Notes under the pieces: model-generated
The model's database searches: none
What the model saw: only the letters and a program-made list of their open reading frames with translations
Told to the model about the DNA's origin: nothing
Part shown: in pieces, positions 1 to 9,756 of the stretch
Layout of the letters: each line of letters starts with the position of its first letter
Position numbering within the stretch: the stretch's first letter is position 1
Source: Myxococcota bacterium
GTDB taxonomy: Bacteria; Myxococcota_A; Polyangia; Polyangiales; Houyiibacteriaceae
Direction of reading: 5' to 3'
Length of the DNA stretch: 56,244 bases
Assembly (NCBI GenBank): GCA_025453555.1
Contig: JALOQC010000009.1
Location: 1-56,244 of the forward strand
Program-made: the position numbers and the translations under genes

Positions 1-36
1 CATCGAACTGCGGGGGTGACGCATGTTCTCCGACAG

Positions 37-52
37 AGCATCGAGCATGCCA
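37..52 (-). promoter_or_regulatory. Putative sigma-54 (-24/-12) promoter for a gene running off the left edge
   Basis: Minus strand reads TGGCATG-CTCG-ATGCT, matching TGGCACG-N4-TTGC(A/T) with correct GG/GC spacing. It is followed by GGAGAAC-ATG (start at 24, MRHPRSSM...). Confidence 0.45.
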
Positions 53-125
53 CGAGAAGTGCGCCAACCCGTGCCCTGGAGACGGCCGCGTTGCTCTCGC
101 GGCGCGTGAGCGGCATCGTCGCGCG

Positions 126-1076
126 ATGACGCCTGCCGAGAAGGCCGCACGCATCGGGGAGCAGCTCGACGCGCTCTATCCGAAGCCGCCGATTCCGCTC
201 GATCACACCGATCCTTTCACGCTGCTGATCGCGGTGATGCTCTCCGCACAGACCACCGACAAGAAGGTGAACCAAGTCACTCCCGCGCTCTTCTCGGAGG
301 GACCGACGCCGGCCGCGATGGCGGCGCTCTCGGTCGAACGCATCCTCACGCTCATCAAGGAGGTCGGGCTCGCGCCGACCAAAGCGAAGAACGTGAAGCG
401 AACGGCGGAGCTGCTGGTGGAGCGGCACGCCGGGGAGGTGCCGCAAACGCTCGACGAGCTGGAGGCGCTGCCGGGGGTCGGGCACAAGACCGCGCAGGTC
501 GTGATGGCGCAGGCGTTCGAGATCCCGGCGTTTCCGGTCGATACGCACATCCATCGGCTCGCGGAGCGCTGGGGGCTCTCGAGCGGGAAGAACGTCGAGA
601 CGACCGAGAAGGATCTGAAGGCGGTCTTTCCGGAAGACACGTGGATCCGGAGGCACCTTCAGATCATCTACTTCGGGCGCGAGCACTGTCCGGCGCAGCG
701 GCACGATCCGCAGGTGTGCCCGATCTGCTCGTGGGCGGCGCCGCCGAAGGACGATTCGGAGTCGGAGACGACGGCGTCGAAGGATGTGAAGACGTCGAAG
801 AACGCGAAGGACGCGAAGGACGCGAAGACGTCGAAGAACGCGAAGGCGTCGAAGGATACGAAGGCCTCGAAGGGCACGAAGACGTCGAAGGACGCGAGCG
901 CGACGAAGGCGTCGAAGGACCCGAAGGCGTCGAAGGACGCGAGCGCGACGAAGGCGTCGAAGGACGCGAAGGCGTCGAAGGACGCGAAGGCGTCGAAGGA
1001 CGCGAAGGCGTCGAAGGACGCGAGCACGACGAAGGCGTCGAAGGCCGCGAAGGCCGAGAAGGGGAGGGCGTCGTGA
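126..1076 (+). CDS. nth: Endonuclease III (HhH-GPD DNA glycosylase) with a Lys/Ala-rich low-complexity C-terminal tail
   Basis: LIAVMLSAQTTD, HhH motif LPGVGHKTA, FPVDTHIHR, C-terminal Cys cluster; the last ~110 aa are ASKDAK-like repeats. Confidence 0.93.
   Translation: MTPAEKAARIGEQLDALYPKPPIPLDHTDPFTLLIAVMLSAQTTDKKVNQVTPALFSEGPTPAAMAALSVERILTLIKEVGLAPTKAKNVKRTAELLVERHAGEVPQTLDELEALPGVGHKTAQVVMAQAFEIPAFPVDTHIHRLAERWGLSSGKNVETTEKDLKAVFPEDTWIRRHLQIIYFGREHCPAQRHDPQVCPICSWAAPPKDDSESETTASKDVKTSKNAKDAKDAKTSKNAKASKDTKASKGTKTSKDASATKASKDPKASKDASATKASKDAKASKDAKASKDAKASKDASTTKASKAAKAEKGRAS
770..1060 (+). repeat. Degenerate 9/18-bp tandem repeats (GAAGGCGTCGAAGGACGC) encoding the KASKDA tail of Nth
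   Basis: Tandem units directly visible in the sequence. Confidence 0.85.
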
Positions 1077-1684
1077 GCAAGACCATCGAGTGTTTCTTCG
1101 ATTATTCGTCGCCTTTCGCGTACCTCGCGACCACGCAGATCGAGCGCGTGGCGGCGGAGGAAGGCGCGAGCCTCACCTGGCGACCGTTCCTGCTCGGCGC
1201 GCTCTTCCGCACCATCGGCACGCCCGACGTCCCGATCGCGACCTTCTCGGAGCCGAAGCGACGCGCGCTGCTCGTCGACTTGCAGCGCTGGGCGCGCGTG
1301 CACGGCGTGGGCTTTCGTTTCCCGACGCGTTTCCCGATTCGGAGCCTCGACGCGCTGCGGCTCACGTACGCGGTGCCGGAGGCTTTTCGTGCGCCGCTGA
1401 TCCATCGCGCGATGCGCGCGGCGTGGGTGGACGACGCGGGGCTCGAGCGCGACGTGCTCGAGGAGTGTCTGGTCGACGTCGGGCTCGACGCGTCGTGGAT
1501 GGCGAAGCTCGACGAGCCCGAGATCAAGGCCGCGCTGCGTGCGACGACCGAAGAAGCCGAACGACGCGGTGCGCCGGGCGCGCCGACCTTCTTCGTGAAC
1601 GACGGCACGAAGGAGCGGATGGTGTGGGGACAGGATCGGCTGGAGTTCGTGCGGCTCGCGCTGCGTGGAGAGCTCGAGCCCTGA
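1073..1684 (+). CDS. 2-hydroxychromene-2-carboxylate isomerase / DsbA-like (GST kappa) family protein
   Basis: GTG start overlaps the nth stop (GTGA). Motifs FFDYSSPFAYL, WRPFLLG, GAPTFFV and WGQDRL. Confidence 0.88.
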   Translation: MSKTIECFFDYSSPFAYLATTQIERVAAEEGASLTWRPFLLGALFRTIGTPDVPIATFSEPKRRALLVDLQRWARVHGVGFRFPTRFPIRSLDALRLTYAVPEAFRAPLIHRAMRAAWVDDAGLERDVLEECLVDVGLDASWMAKLDEPEIKAALRATTEEAERRGAPGAPTFFVNDGTKERMVWGQDRLEFVRLALRGELEP

Positions 1685-1890
1685 GCGACCGCGTCACGCA
1701 GCGCCGCGCGGGACGACTACTCCTGCGACCGCCGCGCTCGCGCGTGTCGCAGCCGACGCGAACTTCGACGCGCCAGCGATGCAGCACGCGCGCCCGCGAC
1801 CGACTTGGACCGCGCCACGTGGCGCGAGGCGAGATCGAGCCCCACGCTCCACGGAAGCGACGGCTCCCGGCGGTCGTTCAGGGTGTGCGC

Positions 1891-3288
1891 ATGGCGATCG
1901 ACTTCAAGCTCTTCGGCATCCCGATCCGGATCCACTGGTTGTTCTTCCTCACCGGCTTGCTGGTCTGGCAAGGCTTCCGAGGACCCGACGTCGGCGCGGC
2001 GAGTCTGCCGATCGCGCTCCTCGTCGTGCTCCAGGCGGTGCTGATGCACGAGCTCGGGCACGCGCTGGTCGGGCGCGCGTTCGGACTGCAGCCGCAGATC
2101 GATCTGATGCTGCTGATGGGACAGACCTCGTGGCGCTCGGGGCGCGAGCTCTCGCCCGGCCGGTCGATGCTCGTGAGCTTCGCGGGGCCGCTCGTCGGCA
2201 TCGTGCTCGGCGGCATCGCGCTGGCGTTGGCGCTCACGCTCGGCGACCCGCAGGCGTTCGCGAAGTCGCTCGAGGCCGGCGAGACGCCGACGCTGCGGCA
2301 GTGGGCCCTGACGACCTTCGTGTACGTGAACCTCGTCTGGTCCTTCTACAACCTCGTGCCGGTGCTGCCGCTCGACGGAGGCAACATCCTCGCGTCGTTC
2401 TTCCAGCTCTTCTCGCGCGAGCACGGGCAGCGTTGGGCCCGCTACGTCTCGCTCGTCTTCCTCGCGGGGCTGCTCGCGCTCGCGGTCGCGATCCAAGCGA
2501 TCTTCCTCGCTGCGTTCATCGTGATGTTCGCGTTCATGAACGTGCAGGCGCTCCGCGCGGAGCGTGCGCTTCGTCAATCGGGCGTGCCGGTGGTGCGCAC
2601 GGCGGAGGACCTCCTGAAGCTCGCGTACGCGGCGCTCGAGAAGGGCGACCACGCGACGGTCTCCAAGGCCGCGCTGGTGCTCTCGCAGCACGCGGGCGAC
2701 ACCGCGGCGCGCGACGAGGCGCTCCACCTGCTCGCGTGGGGGCGTCTGCTCGCGGGGCAGCCGGGCCAAGCGCGCGAAGCGCTCGATCGACTGAGCGGTG
2801 AGCGCGATCCGGACCCCGCGCTCGAGGGCTCGGTGCAGCTCGCGCTCGGGCGCACGGTGGAGGCGGTCGAGCTCTTCGAGCGCGCTCTGACGGCGGGGCC
2901 GAGCGAGATGGTGGTGAAGAAGTGGGTCGAGGCGGTGGAGCGCTCGGGCAGCTTCCGACGCGCGGCCACGCTCGTGAACGAGCGACGAGATCTGGTGGGG
3001 CCGAAGGCGCTCTCGCGCTTGCAGGCGTCGGCGCTGCAGGCGGGGGAGCACGAGGCGGCGTTCTTGCTCGGCGCGCTCGCGTTCCCGATCGCGCACGAGC
3101 CGCTCACCGCGTTCAACGCCGCGTGCGCGCTGGTGCGGCTCGGCAAGCTCGACGAAGCCGCGCGCTGGCTCGAGAAGGCGCACGAGGTCGGCTTCCGCGA
3201 CCTCGGTCTGCTCGATCGCGAAGAGGATCTCGACGCGTTGCGCGCGACGAGCGCGTGGCCGGAGCTGAGAGCCCGCTTCGAGAGCTGA
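1891..3288 (+). CDS. Site-2 protease (M50 family) with a C-terminal TPR-like domain
   Basis: HELGH zinc motif, AGP, NLVPVLPLDGG and several TM segments; helical C-terminus ending FNAACALVRLG...GFRD. Start moved to the ATG at 1891. Confidence 0.88.
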   Translation: MAIDFKLFGIPIRIHWLFFLTGLLVWQGFRGPDVGAASLPIALLVVLQAVLMHELGHALVGRAFGLQPQIDLMLLMGQTSWRSGRELSPGRSMLVSFAGPLVGIVLGGIALALALTLGDPQAFAKSLEAGETPTLRQWALTTFVYVNLVWSFYNLVPVLPLDGGNILASFFQLFSREHGQRWARYVSLVFLAGLLALAVAIQAIFLAAFIVMFAFMNVQALRAERALRQSGVPVVRTAEDLLKLAYAALEKGDHATVSKAALVLSQHAGDTAARDEALHLLAWGRLLAGQPGQAREALDRLSGERDPDPALEGSVQLALGRTVEAVELFERALTAGPSEMVVKKWVEAVERSGSFRRAATLVNERRDLVGPKALSRLQASALQAGEHEAAFLLGALAFPIAHEPLTAFNAACALVRLGKLDEAARWLEKAHEVGFRDLGLLDREEDLDALRATSAWPELRARFES

Positions 3289-3391
3289 GACTCCGCTTCG
3301 ACAGCGGAGCGCGCGGACGAGCATCGTCGTCGATGACGCGGGCGAACTCTCGCGCAGGGAACGCGCGGACCTCTGCGCCCGGAGCGGAAGC

Positions 3392-4387
3392 TCAGCGCGG
3401 AGGCCGGCGGACGATCATCGTCTGCGTGCCGAACGCGACGAGCGCACCGTCCGGATCGCGCAGCTCGATGTCGCAGCTCGCGAAGCCGCGATCGGCGAAG
3501 CGGCAGGTGGAGACGCAGAGCAGGCGGTCGTGCGTGGTGGGCGCGAGGAAGTGCACCGTGAGATCGAGGCTCGGCATGAAGATCGGTGGGTGGTCGGAGC
3601 CGAGGGCCATCACGAGCGCGGCGGGCATGGTGTCGACGAGCGGGGGCAACGCGAGCGGGTCGAAGAGGTCGATCGCGTCCTCGGGTTCGCGCGCTGCGTC
3701 GCACCGCGAGTCGTCGTAGGGATCGCGCGCGGCGTCGCGCTGCGGATCGTGCCGCGGTTCGTGATGCGGTTCGTGCTGCGGTTCGTGATGCGGTTCGTGA
3801 TGCGGAGCGTGATGCGGATCGCGCTGCGGATCGCGCGTGCGCTGCGGGACGAGGTAGCGGAACCAGCGCGCGTAGCGGGGCTCGCCCGGGGGGAAGGTCG
3901 CGCTCGTGAAGACGGGCGCACCGATCGCGATGCGACCCTCGACTTGGCGAAAGAACGAGAGCTTCGCCTCGGAGCCCGGCGGGAAGAGCGGCGGTGCGTC
4001 GTCCCACGTGCGCGCGTCGGCCGGTAGCGCACGGCGATGGACCTCCGGGCCCTCGCGATCCTTCACGAAGGTGGCGGTGACCTCGAGGCCGACGTCGTTC
4101 GAGCTCACGTGACGGAGCGTGGCGCGGAGCTGCGTGGCGACGTTGCCCTCACGCAGACGCACCACCTCGATCGTCAGCTCGCCCGCGGGCACCGCGCTCA
4201 CGAAGGTGGTCGTGGCGGCCATCGGCCGAAACGTCGGCGCCTCCGCCTGCATCGCGCGGAGCGCGATCGTCATCAGAACGCCGCCGGAGGGCGCGAAGAA
4301 GTCCCAATGAGACGGCAGGTGCGCGCGGTAGCGACCGTCTCCGAGCGGTCGGACGGCGGTGTCGCGCGCGAGATCGGCGGGCTCCAT
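3392..4387 (-). CDS. Acyl-CoA thioesterase family (double hotdog) protein with a His-rich insertion
   Basis: W..F.APSGGVL, V..LREG, PSLDLTVHF, DPDGALVAFGTQ; paralogous to 43789..44619. Start taken at MEPADL. Confidence 0.82.
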   Translation of the reverse strand: MEPADLARDTAVRPLGDGRYRAHLPSHWDFFAPSGGVLMTIALRAMQAEAPTFRPMAATTTFVSAVPAGELTIEVVRLREGNVATQLRATLRHVSSNDVGLEVTATFVKDREGPEVHRRALPADARTWDDAPPLFPPGSEAKLSFFRQVEGRIAIGAPVFTSATFPPGEPRYARWFRYLVPQRTRDPQRDPHHAPHHEPHHEPQHEPHHEPRHDPQRDAARDPYDDSRCDAAREPEDAIDLFDPLALPPLVDTMPAALVMALGSDHPPIFMPSLDLTVHFLAPTTHDRLLCVSTCRFADRGFASCDIELRDPDGALVAFGTQTMIVRRPPR

Positions 4388-4571
4388 GCGCGGAGGATGC
4401 ACGTTTCGCGTGGAGGATCGACGTCGGTGCGAGCGTGCCGAGCGGGGCCCTTCGACGATCCGTGGCTCGATCTCACCGCGGATCCTCCGTGGGCTGGTCG
4501 TCCGCCGCGGTCGAGCTCCCGCCAGGGGTCGGATCTGTGAGCGAAATCGCTCGTGATTCGTGGGAGCTTGC

Positions 4572-4591
4572 ATTCATGCGCAAGCGCGAAT
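4572..4591. promoter_or_regulatory. Candidate 20-bp SahR-type operator (imperfect palindrome)
   Basis: ATTCATGCGCAAGCGCGAAT is 12/20 self-complementary with ATTC...GAAT ends and lies just upstream of the ArsR-methyltransferase start. Confidence 0.4.
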
Positions 4592-4603
4592 ATAGAAGAC
4601 CTC

Positions 4604-5578
4604 GTGGACGTCACGCCCTTCGCGACCACCGAGCGCCGCTGGGAGCTCTACCGCCTGCTCGGTGAGCCGGTGCGGCTCCGCTTGCTGGCGCTCGCGGCGG
4701 AGGAGGAGCTGGCGATCGGGGAGTTGGCCGACCTGCTCGGGGAGTCGCAGCCGAACGTGTCGCGCCACCTCAAGGTGCTGCGTGGCGCGCAGCTCCTCTC
4801 CGAACGCAAGGAAGGCACGCGCGTGTTCGTCCGCCTCGACGAGCGGCTCGCGCGCGACCCCGTGATCGCGGACGCGCTCGGGGCGGGGCGCTCGCTCTGC
4901 GAAGAGGACGGAAGCCTGGAGCGCGTGGCGGAGGTGCTCGCGGCGCGTGAGGCACCGGCGCGTGCGTTCTTCGAGGCGCCGGGGGACGAGCCCGAGGCTT
5001 GGCCGAGCGAGCTCGGCGCGTACCTGGCGGCGCTCGCGCCCTTGGTGGAACGACGCGGCTTCGCGGTCGACGTGGGCACGGGCGACGGCGCGTTCCTCGA
5101 GGTGCTCGCGCCGATCTTCGATCGCGTGCTCGCGGTCGATCGTTCGGAGGCGCAGCTCGCGCGCGCACGCACGCGCCTGTCGCGGCGCGGCTACACGAAC
5201 GTGGATCTCGCGCTCGCGGAGCTCGGGGACGCGCACCTTCGTGAGCAGGTCGACGCGCGAGGTGGGGCCGACGCGGTCTTCGCGAGCCGCGTGCTGCACC
5301 ACGCCTCGCGTCCGGGCGCGGCGTTGTCCGATCTCGCGCAGCTCGTCGCGCCAGGTGGGGTCGTGATCGTGGTCGACTACGTCGCGCACGAGGACGAACG
5401 GATGCGCGAGCGGCAGGCCGACGCGTGGCTCGGGTTCGCGCCCAAGGAGCTCGCGGGGTATGCCCGTCGCGCGGGGCTGGAGGGGGCGCGCGTCACGAAG
5501 GTCCCGGCTTCGCGCTGCGGCGACGGACCGGACGGACACTTGGACTGGCAGGTGCTCGCAGCGCGTCGCGCGGCGTGA
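4604..5578 (+). CDS. sahR: ArsR-family HTH plus SAM-methyltransferase-domain regulator (SahR-like)
   Basis: N-terminal ArsR wHTH (RLRLLALA...[13 protein letters not shown]), C-terminal VDVGTGDG and VLHHA; immediately upstream of ahcY. GTG start is approximate. Confidence 0.82.
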   Translation: MDVTPFATTERRWELYRLLGEPVRLRLLALAAEEELAIGELADLLGESQPNVSRHLKVLRGAQLLSERKEGTRVFVRLDERLARDPVIADALGAGRSLCEEDGSLERVAEVLAAREAPARAFFEAPGDEPEAWPSELGAYLAALAPLVERRGFAVDVGTGDGAFLEVLAPIFDRVLAVDRSEAQLARARTRLSRRGYTNVDLALAELGDAHLREQVDARGGADAVFASRVLHHASRPGAALSDLAQLVAPGGVVIVVDYVAHEDERMRERQADAWLGFAPKELAGYARRAGLEGARVTKVPASRCGDGPDGHLDWQVLAARRAA

Positions 5579-5697
5579 GCCGAATCGACCACACACGACG
5601 ACACCCTCACGAACGAGCCGACGTACGAGCCGACGTGAGTGGGACGAAGAACGAGACGACGCGCGCCGAGGCGCGCACCGAAAGCAGAGAGAACGAC

Positions 5698-7068
5698 ATG
5701 ACGACCGCAACGACCGAGACCACCAAGACGCCCAAGAGCACGCGCCTCAAGTACAAGGTCGCGAACCTCGACCTCGCCGAGTGGGGTCGCAAGGAGATCC
5801 AGATCGCCGAGAAGGAGATGCCCGGGCTCATGGCGCTCCGCGCCGAGTTCAAGGGCCAGCAGCCGCTCAAGGGCGCGCGCATCGCGGGCTGCCTCCACAT
5901 GACGATCCAGACCGCGGTGCTCATCGAGACGCTGCGCGAGCTCGGCGCCGAGGTCACCTGGACGAGCTGCAACATCTTCTCGACCCAGGACCACGCGGCG
6001 GCTGCGATCGCCAAGGCGGGCATCCCCGTCTTCGCGTGGAAGGGCGAGACCGAGGAAGAGTACGACTGGTGCATCTACCAGCAGCTCGACGCCTTCGAGG
6101 GCGGCAAGGCGCCGAACATGATCCTCGACGACGGCGGCGATCTCACGATCATCGCGCACGAGAAGTACCCGCATCTCTTCCAGGGTGAGGACCGGATCTT
6201 CGGCATCTCCGAGGAGACGACCACCGGCGTTCACCGCCTCTACGAGATGGCCAAGCGCGGCGCGCTCAAGTGCCCGGCCATCAACGTCAACGACTCCGTC
6301 ACGAAGTCGAAGTTCGACAACCTCTACGGCTGCCGCGAGTCGCTCGTCGACGGCATCAAGCGCGCGACCGACGTGATGATCGCGGGCAAGATCGCGGTCG
6401 TCGCGGGCTACGGCGACGTGGGCAAGGGCTGCGCGCAGGCGCTCGCGCGTCAGGGCGCGCGCGTCATGGTCACCGAGGTCGATCCGATCTGCGCGCTCCA
6501 GGCGCTGATGGAGGGCTTCCCCGTCGTGACGATGGAGGACGCGGCGCCGATCGGCGACATCTTCGTGACCGCCACCGGCTGCTGCGACGTCATCACCGGC
6601 GATCACATGAAGCTGATGAAGGACGAGGCGATCCTCTGCAACATCGGCCACTTCGACAGTGAGATCGGGATGGCCTGGCTCATGGATCCGAAGAACGGCG
6701 TGAAGGAAGAGAACATCAAGGCCGAAGGCCCGGTGGATCACTTCATCTTCCCGGATGGCAAGCGCCTCATCGTGCTCGCGCGCGGTCGCCTCGTGAACCT
6801 CGCGTGTGGCACCGGTCACCCGAGCTTCGTGATGAGCAACAGCTTCACGAACCAGGTGCTCGCGCAGATCGAGCTCTGGAAGCACCGCCACGACGGCAAG
6901 TACGAGGTCGGCCAGGTCTACGTGCTCCCGAAGGAGCTCGACGAGAAGGTCGCCGCGCTCCACCTCGGCAAGCTGGGCGCGAAGCTCACGAAGCTGAACG
7001 CGAAGCAGTCGGAGTACCTCGGCGTGCCGACCTCGGGTCCGTTCAAGCCCGAGCACTACCGCTACTGA
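5698..7068 (+). CDS. ahcY: Adenosylhomocysteinase (SAH hydrolase)
   Basis: [75 protein letters not shown]. Confidence 0.98.
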   Translation: MTTATTETTKTPKSTRLKYKVANLDLAEWGRKEIQIAEKEMPGLMALRAEFKGQQPLKGARIAGCLHMTIQTAVLIETLRELGAEVTWTSCNIFSTQDHAAAAIAKAGIPVFAWKGETEEEYDWCIYQQLDAFEGGKAPNMILDDGGDLTIIAHEKYPHLFQGEDRIFGISEETTTGVHRLYEMAKRGALKCPAINVNDSVTKSKFDNLYGCRESLVDGIKRATDVMIAGKIAVVAGYGDVGKGCAQALARQGARVMVTEVDPICALQALMEGFPVVTMEDAAPIGDIFVTATGCCDVITGDHMKLMKDEAILCNIGHFDSEIGMAWLMDPKNGVKEENIKAEGPVDHFIFPDGKRLIVLARGRLVNLACGTGHPSFVMSNSFTNQVLAQIELWKHRHDGKYEVGQVYVLPKELDEKVAALHLGKLGAKLTKLNAKQSEYLGVPTSGPFKPEHYRY

Positions 7069-7261
7069 GCTGCGACCCCGTCGGTCCTCGCTCGAAGTGA
7101 CCGACGGATCTCGACGCGCGGAGCACGCTCTCCCGCTCGCGCCGGTCTCGCATCGGTGGAGCGGAGCGCGTGACTCCGCGTGCCTCGTTTGGGGCGCTCG
7201 CGAGTGGTTCGGGCGGGGGTGCGTCGAGGGGCGCGCGTGATGAGCACGCGTCCGCTGCCGC

Positions 7262-8260
7262 ATGCCGGCGCTCGATCCACGTCGCGAGCCTCGCGCCGGA
7301 GCCACGCATGCGGTACCACGGGCTCGCGTGTGGAAGGTCGTGCGACGAGCGTGGTGGTCGTTTCGCATCCACGAGGGCTCGTTGCTCTCGGGGGCGGTCG
7401 CCTTCTACGCGCTGCTCGCCTTCGCGCCCCTCGGCGTGCTCGCGGTGGTCGCGGTCGGGTGGCTGCTCGGAGCGGAGCGTGCGCGCGACGCGCTGACGCG
7501 CCAAATCGAGACCTTCCTAGACCCCGAGCCCGCGCGCTTCCTGACGGAGGCGATCGAGCGCGGCGCGACCCTCGGTGAGCAAGGTCGTTTCGCGACGCTC
7601 ATCTCGGTGATCTTCCTCGTGGTCGCGTCGACGCGGCTCTTCTGGATGCTGCGCGGCGCGATCAACCACGCGTGGGGCATTCGTTCGAACTTGCCGCCCG
7701 GCTTCTTCGGGCAGCGTCGGCAGGTGCTTCGCCGGAGGCTCGTCGCGTTCGGGATGCTCTTCGTGCTCGGCGGCGCGTTCGTGTTGCTCGCGCTCGTGAA
7801 GGCGGCCGTGAACGTCGCGAACGTGCACTTCGCGCGGGTGCCGCTGCTCTGGCGAGGGCTCGACCTCGGGTTCTCGGTGGCGCTCTTCACCGTGCTCGTC
7901 GCGCTGATCTTTCGTTGGCTCCCCGACGCGCGCATCGCGTGGCGCGACGCGATGGTGGGTGGCGTGGTCACGGCGGTGCTCAACACGCTCGGCTCGGTGC
8001 TGATCGGTCACTACCTCGCGCGCGTCTCGCCGACCTCGATGTACGGCGCGGCGGGCTCGCTCGTGGTGCTGCTGCTCTGGGTCTACTACTCGACCCAGAT
8101 CTTCCTGTTCGGGGCGGAGCTCACGGCGGAGTGGGCGCGCCAGCGAGGCAGCGGCGTCGAACCCATGCCCTACGCGACGCTGGTGACGCCCGCGGAGCGA
8201 CCGTCGCTGGTGCTGGACGAGTTCGAGGTGTCGCCGACGCCGCCCGATCAGACGGCATAG
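7262..8260 (+). CDS. YihY / virulence factor BrkB family membrane protein
   Basis: AVAFYALLAFAP, LPD...WR...G, YGAAGSLVVLLLWVYYS..I.LFGAE; about 6 TM segments. Start uncertain. Confidence 0.9.
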   Translation: MPALDPRREPRAGATHAVPRARVWKVVRRAWWSFRIHEGSLLSGAVAFYALLAFAPLGVLAVVAVGWLLGAERARDALTRQIETFLDPEPARFLTEAIERGATLGEQGRFATLISVIFLVVASTRLFWMLRGAINHAWGIRSNLPPGFFGQRRQVLRRRLVAFGMLFVLGGAFVLLALVKAAVNVANVHFARVPLLWRGLDLGFSVALFTVLVALIFRWLPDARIAWRDAMVGGVVTAVLNTLGSVLIGHYLARVSPTSMYGAAGSLVVLLLWVYYSTQIFLFGAELTAEWARQRGSGVEPMPYATLVTPAERPSLVLDEFEVSPTPPDQTA

Positions 8261-8331
8261 AAGTCTCGACGTGAGGGTGTCGAAGGGCGGAGCGCTTGCT
8301 CCGAGCGGCGCCTGCACCCCATCCTCCGCGC

Positions 8332-9756
8332 GTGCCCGAGGCGTTCGATGCCGTCTTCGTCGGCTCGAGCTTCGCGTCGAGCTTCTTCCTCGCGCGATGG
8401 CTGGAGCTCGCGCCGTCCTCCGCGCGCGCGCTGGTGATCGAAGCGGGGCCGCGTCGGCCGCACGCGTGGCGGCTCGCGCATCGCAAGGAGGTCCTGGGCT
8501 GGCGCGAAGATCACGGTCTGTACGTGAACGAGACGCCCGACAAGCCGTGGATCACGCACGTGGAGCTCGGCGGAAACTCGAATTGTTGGTGGGCCTGCAC
8601 GCCGCGGCTCGCGCCGGAGGATTTCGCGTTGCGCACGCGCTACGGGCAGGGGACGGACTGGCCGCTCACGTACGACGAGCTCGAGCCCTTCTACGTGCGC
8701 GCGGAGACGATGATGGGCGTGTCGGGGGCCGACGATCACCCGGTGTGTCCGCGCAGCGCGCCCTTTCCTCTGCCGCCCCATCGCCTCTCCGCGCCGGACG
8801 AGGCGCTCGCGCGTGCGTTCCCGGGGCTCTTCACGCCGCAGCCCTGTGCGCGGCCGAGCGTCGCGACCTCGAAGCGTCCGCGCTGCTGCGCGAGCGGGGT
8901 GTGCGAGCTCTGTCCGATCGACTCGAAGTTCACGGTGCAGAACGAGCTCGCGCACTTGTTCGAGGACCCGCGCGTGACCCTCTGGACCGAGGCGCGTTGC
9001 GAGGGGATCGACGTGCAGAACGACGTCGCACGTGGCGTTCGGGTGCGACGCGGGGGGCGCGAGGAGACGGTGCGCGCAGAGCTCGTCGCGCTCGGGGCGA
9101 ACGCGATCTTCAACCCGTGGATCCTGCTGCGTTCGGGGCTCGAGCATCCAGAGCTCGGGGTCGGTCTGCACGAGCAGGTCGGCGTCGACGTGATCGTGGA
9201 TCTGAACGGCATGGACGCGTTCGGAGGGAGCACGTCGATCACGGGGCACCTGTACTCGCTCTACCTCGGAGAGCGACGTCGCGATCGGGCCGGCGCCCTG
9301 ATCGAGGTGTGGAACGTGCCGATGCTGCGGCTCGAGGCGGGCAAGTACCGCCAGCGCGTGAAGCTCAAGGCGGTGATCGAGGACACGCGAGGCGGCAGCC
9401 GCGTCGACGTGGATCCGAACGATCCTTCGCGGCCGCGGGTGCGACACGCGGGGCCGAGCGAGTGGACGCGGCGCGCGATCGCGCGGCTGGAGGACGACTT
9501 GCAGCCGGTGCTCGACGCGCTGCCGGTGGAGCGCGTGCGGATCGGCGAGCCGCTGCCGACGGAGGCGCACGCGATCGGGAGCACGCCGATGGGGAACGAT
9601 CCCGCGAGCAGCGTGATCGACCGGAACCTCGTGCATCACCGCGTGCGCAACCTCGTCGTGCTCGGGAGCGGCGCGTTCCCGTGCGCGACCCCCGCGAATC
9701 CGACCCTGACGCTCGCCGCGCTCTCCCTGCGCGCGGCGGAGGCGATGCTCGCGTGA
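8332..9756 (+). CDS. GMC-family FAD oxidoreductase (gluconate/sugar dehydrogenase large-subunit-like)
   Basis: N-terminal Rossmann-like VFVGSSFAS...VIEAG, LGGNSNCW, DWPLTYDELEPFY..AE, Cys cluster CCASGVCELCP, H..GST.MG, ANPTLTLAALSLRAA. Confidence 0.88.
   Translation: MPEAFDAVFVGSSFASSFFLARWLELAPSSARALVIEAGPRRPHAWRLAHRKEVLGWREDHGLYVNETPDKPWITHVELGGNSNCWWACTPRLAPEDFALRTRYGQGTDWPLTYDELEPFYVRAETMMGVSGADDHPVCPRSAPFPLPPHRLSAPDEALARAFPGLFTPQPCARPSVATSKRPRCCASGVCELCPIDSKFTVQNELAHLFEDPRVTLWTEARCEGIDVQNDVARGVRVRRGGREETVRAELVALGANAIFNPWILLRSGLEHPELGVGLHEQVGVDVIVDLNGMDAFGGSTSITGHLYSLYLGERRRDRAGALIEVWNVPMLRLEAGKYRQRVKLKAVIEDTRGGSRVDVDPNDPSRPRVRHAGPSEWTRRAIARLEDDLQPVLDALPVERVRIGEPLPTEAHAIGSTPMGNDPASSVIDRNLVHHRVRNLVVLGSGAFPCATPANPTLTLAALSLRAAEAMLA

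Noticed and set aside
641-1072. GVEGRE-repeat N-terminal extension of the DsbA-like ORF
   Set aside because: Alternative reading of the nth tail repeat; the true start is most likely the GTG at 1073 coupled to the nth stop.
5579-5697. Possible SAH riboswitch upstream of ahcY
   Set aside because: Could not find the conserved SAH riboswitch core; only a short ACGAGCCGACGT duplication. An Infernal/Rfam search would be decisive.
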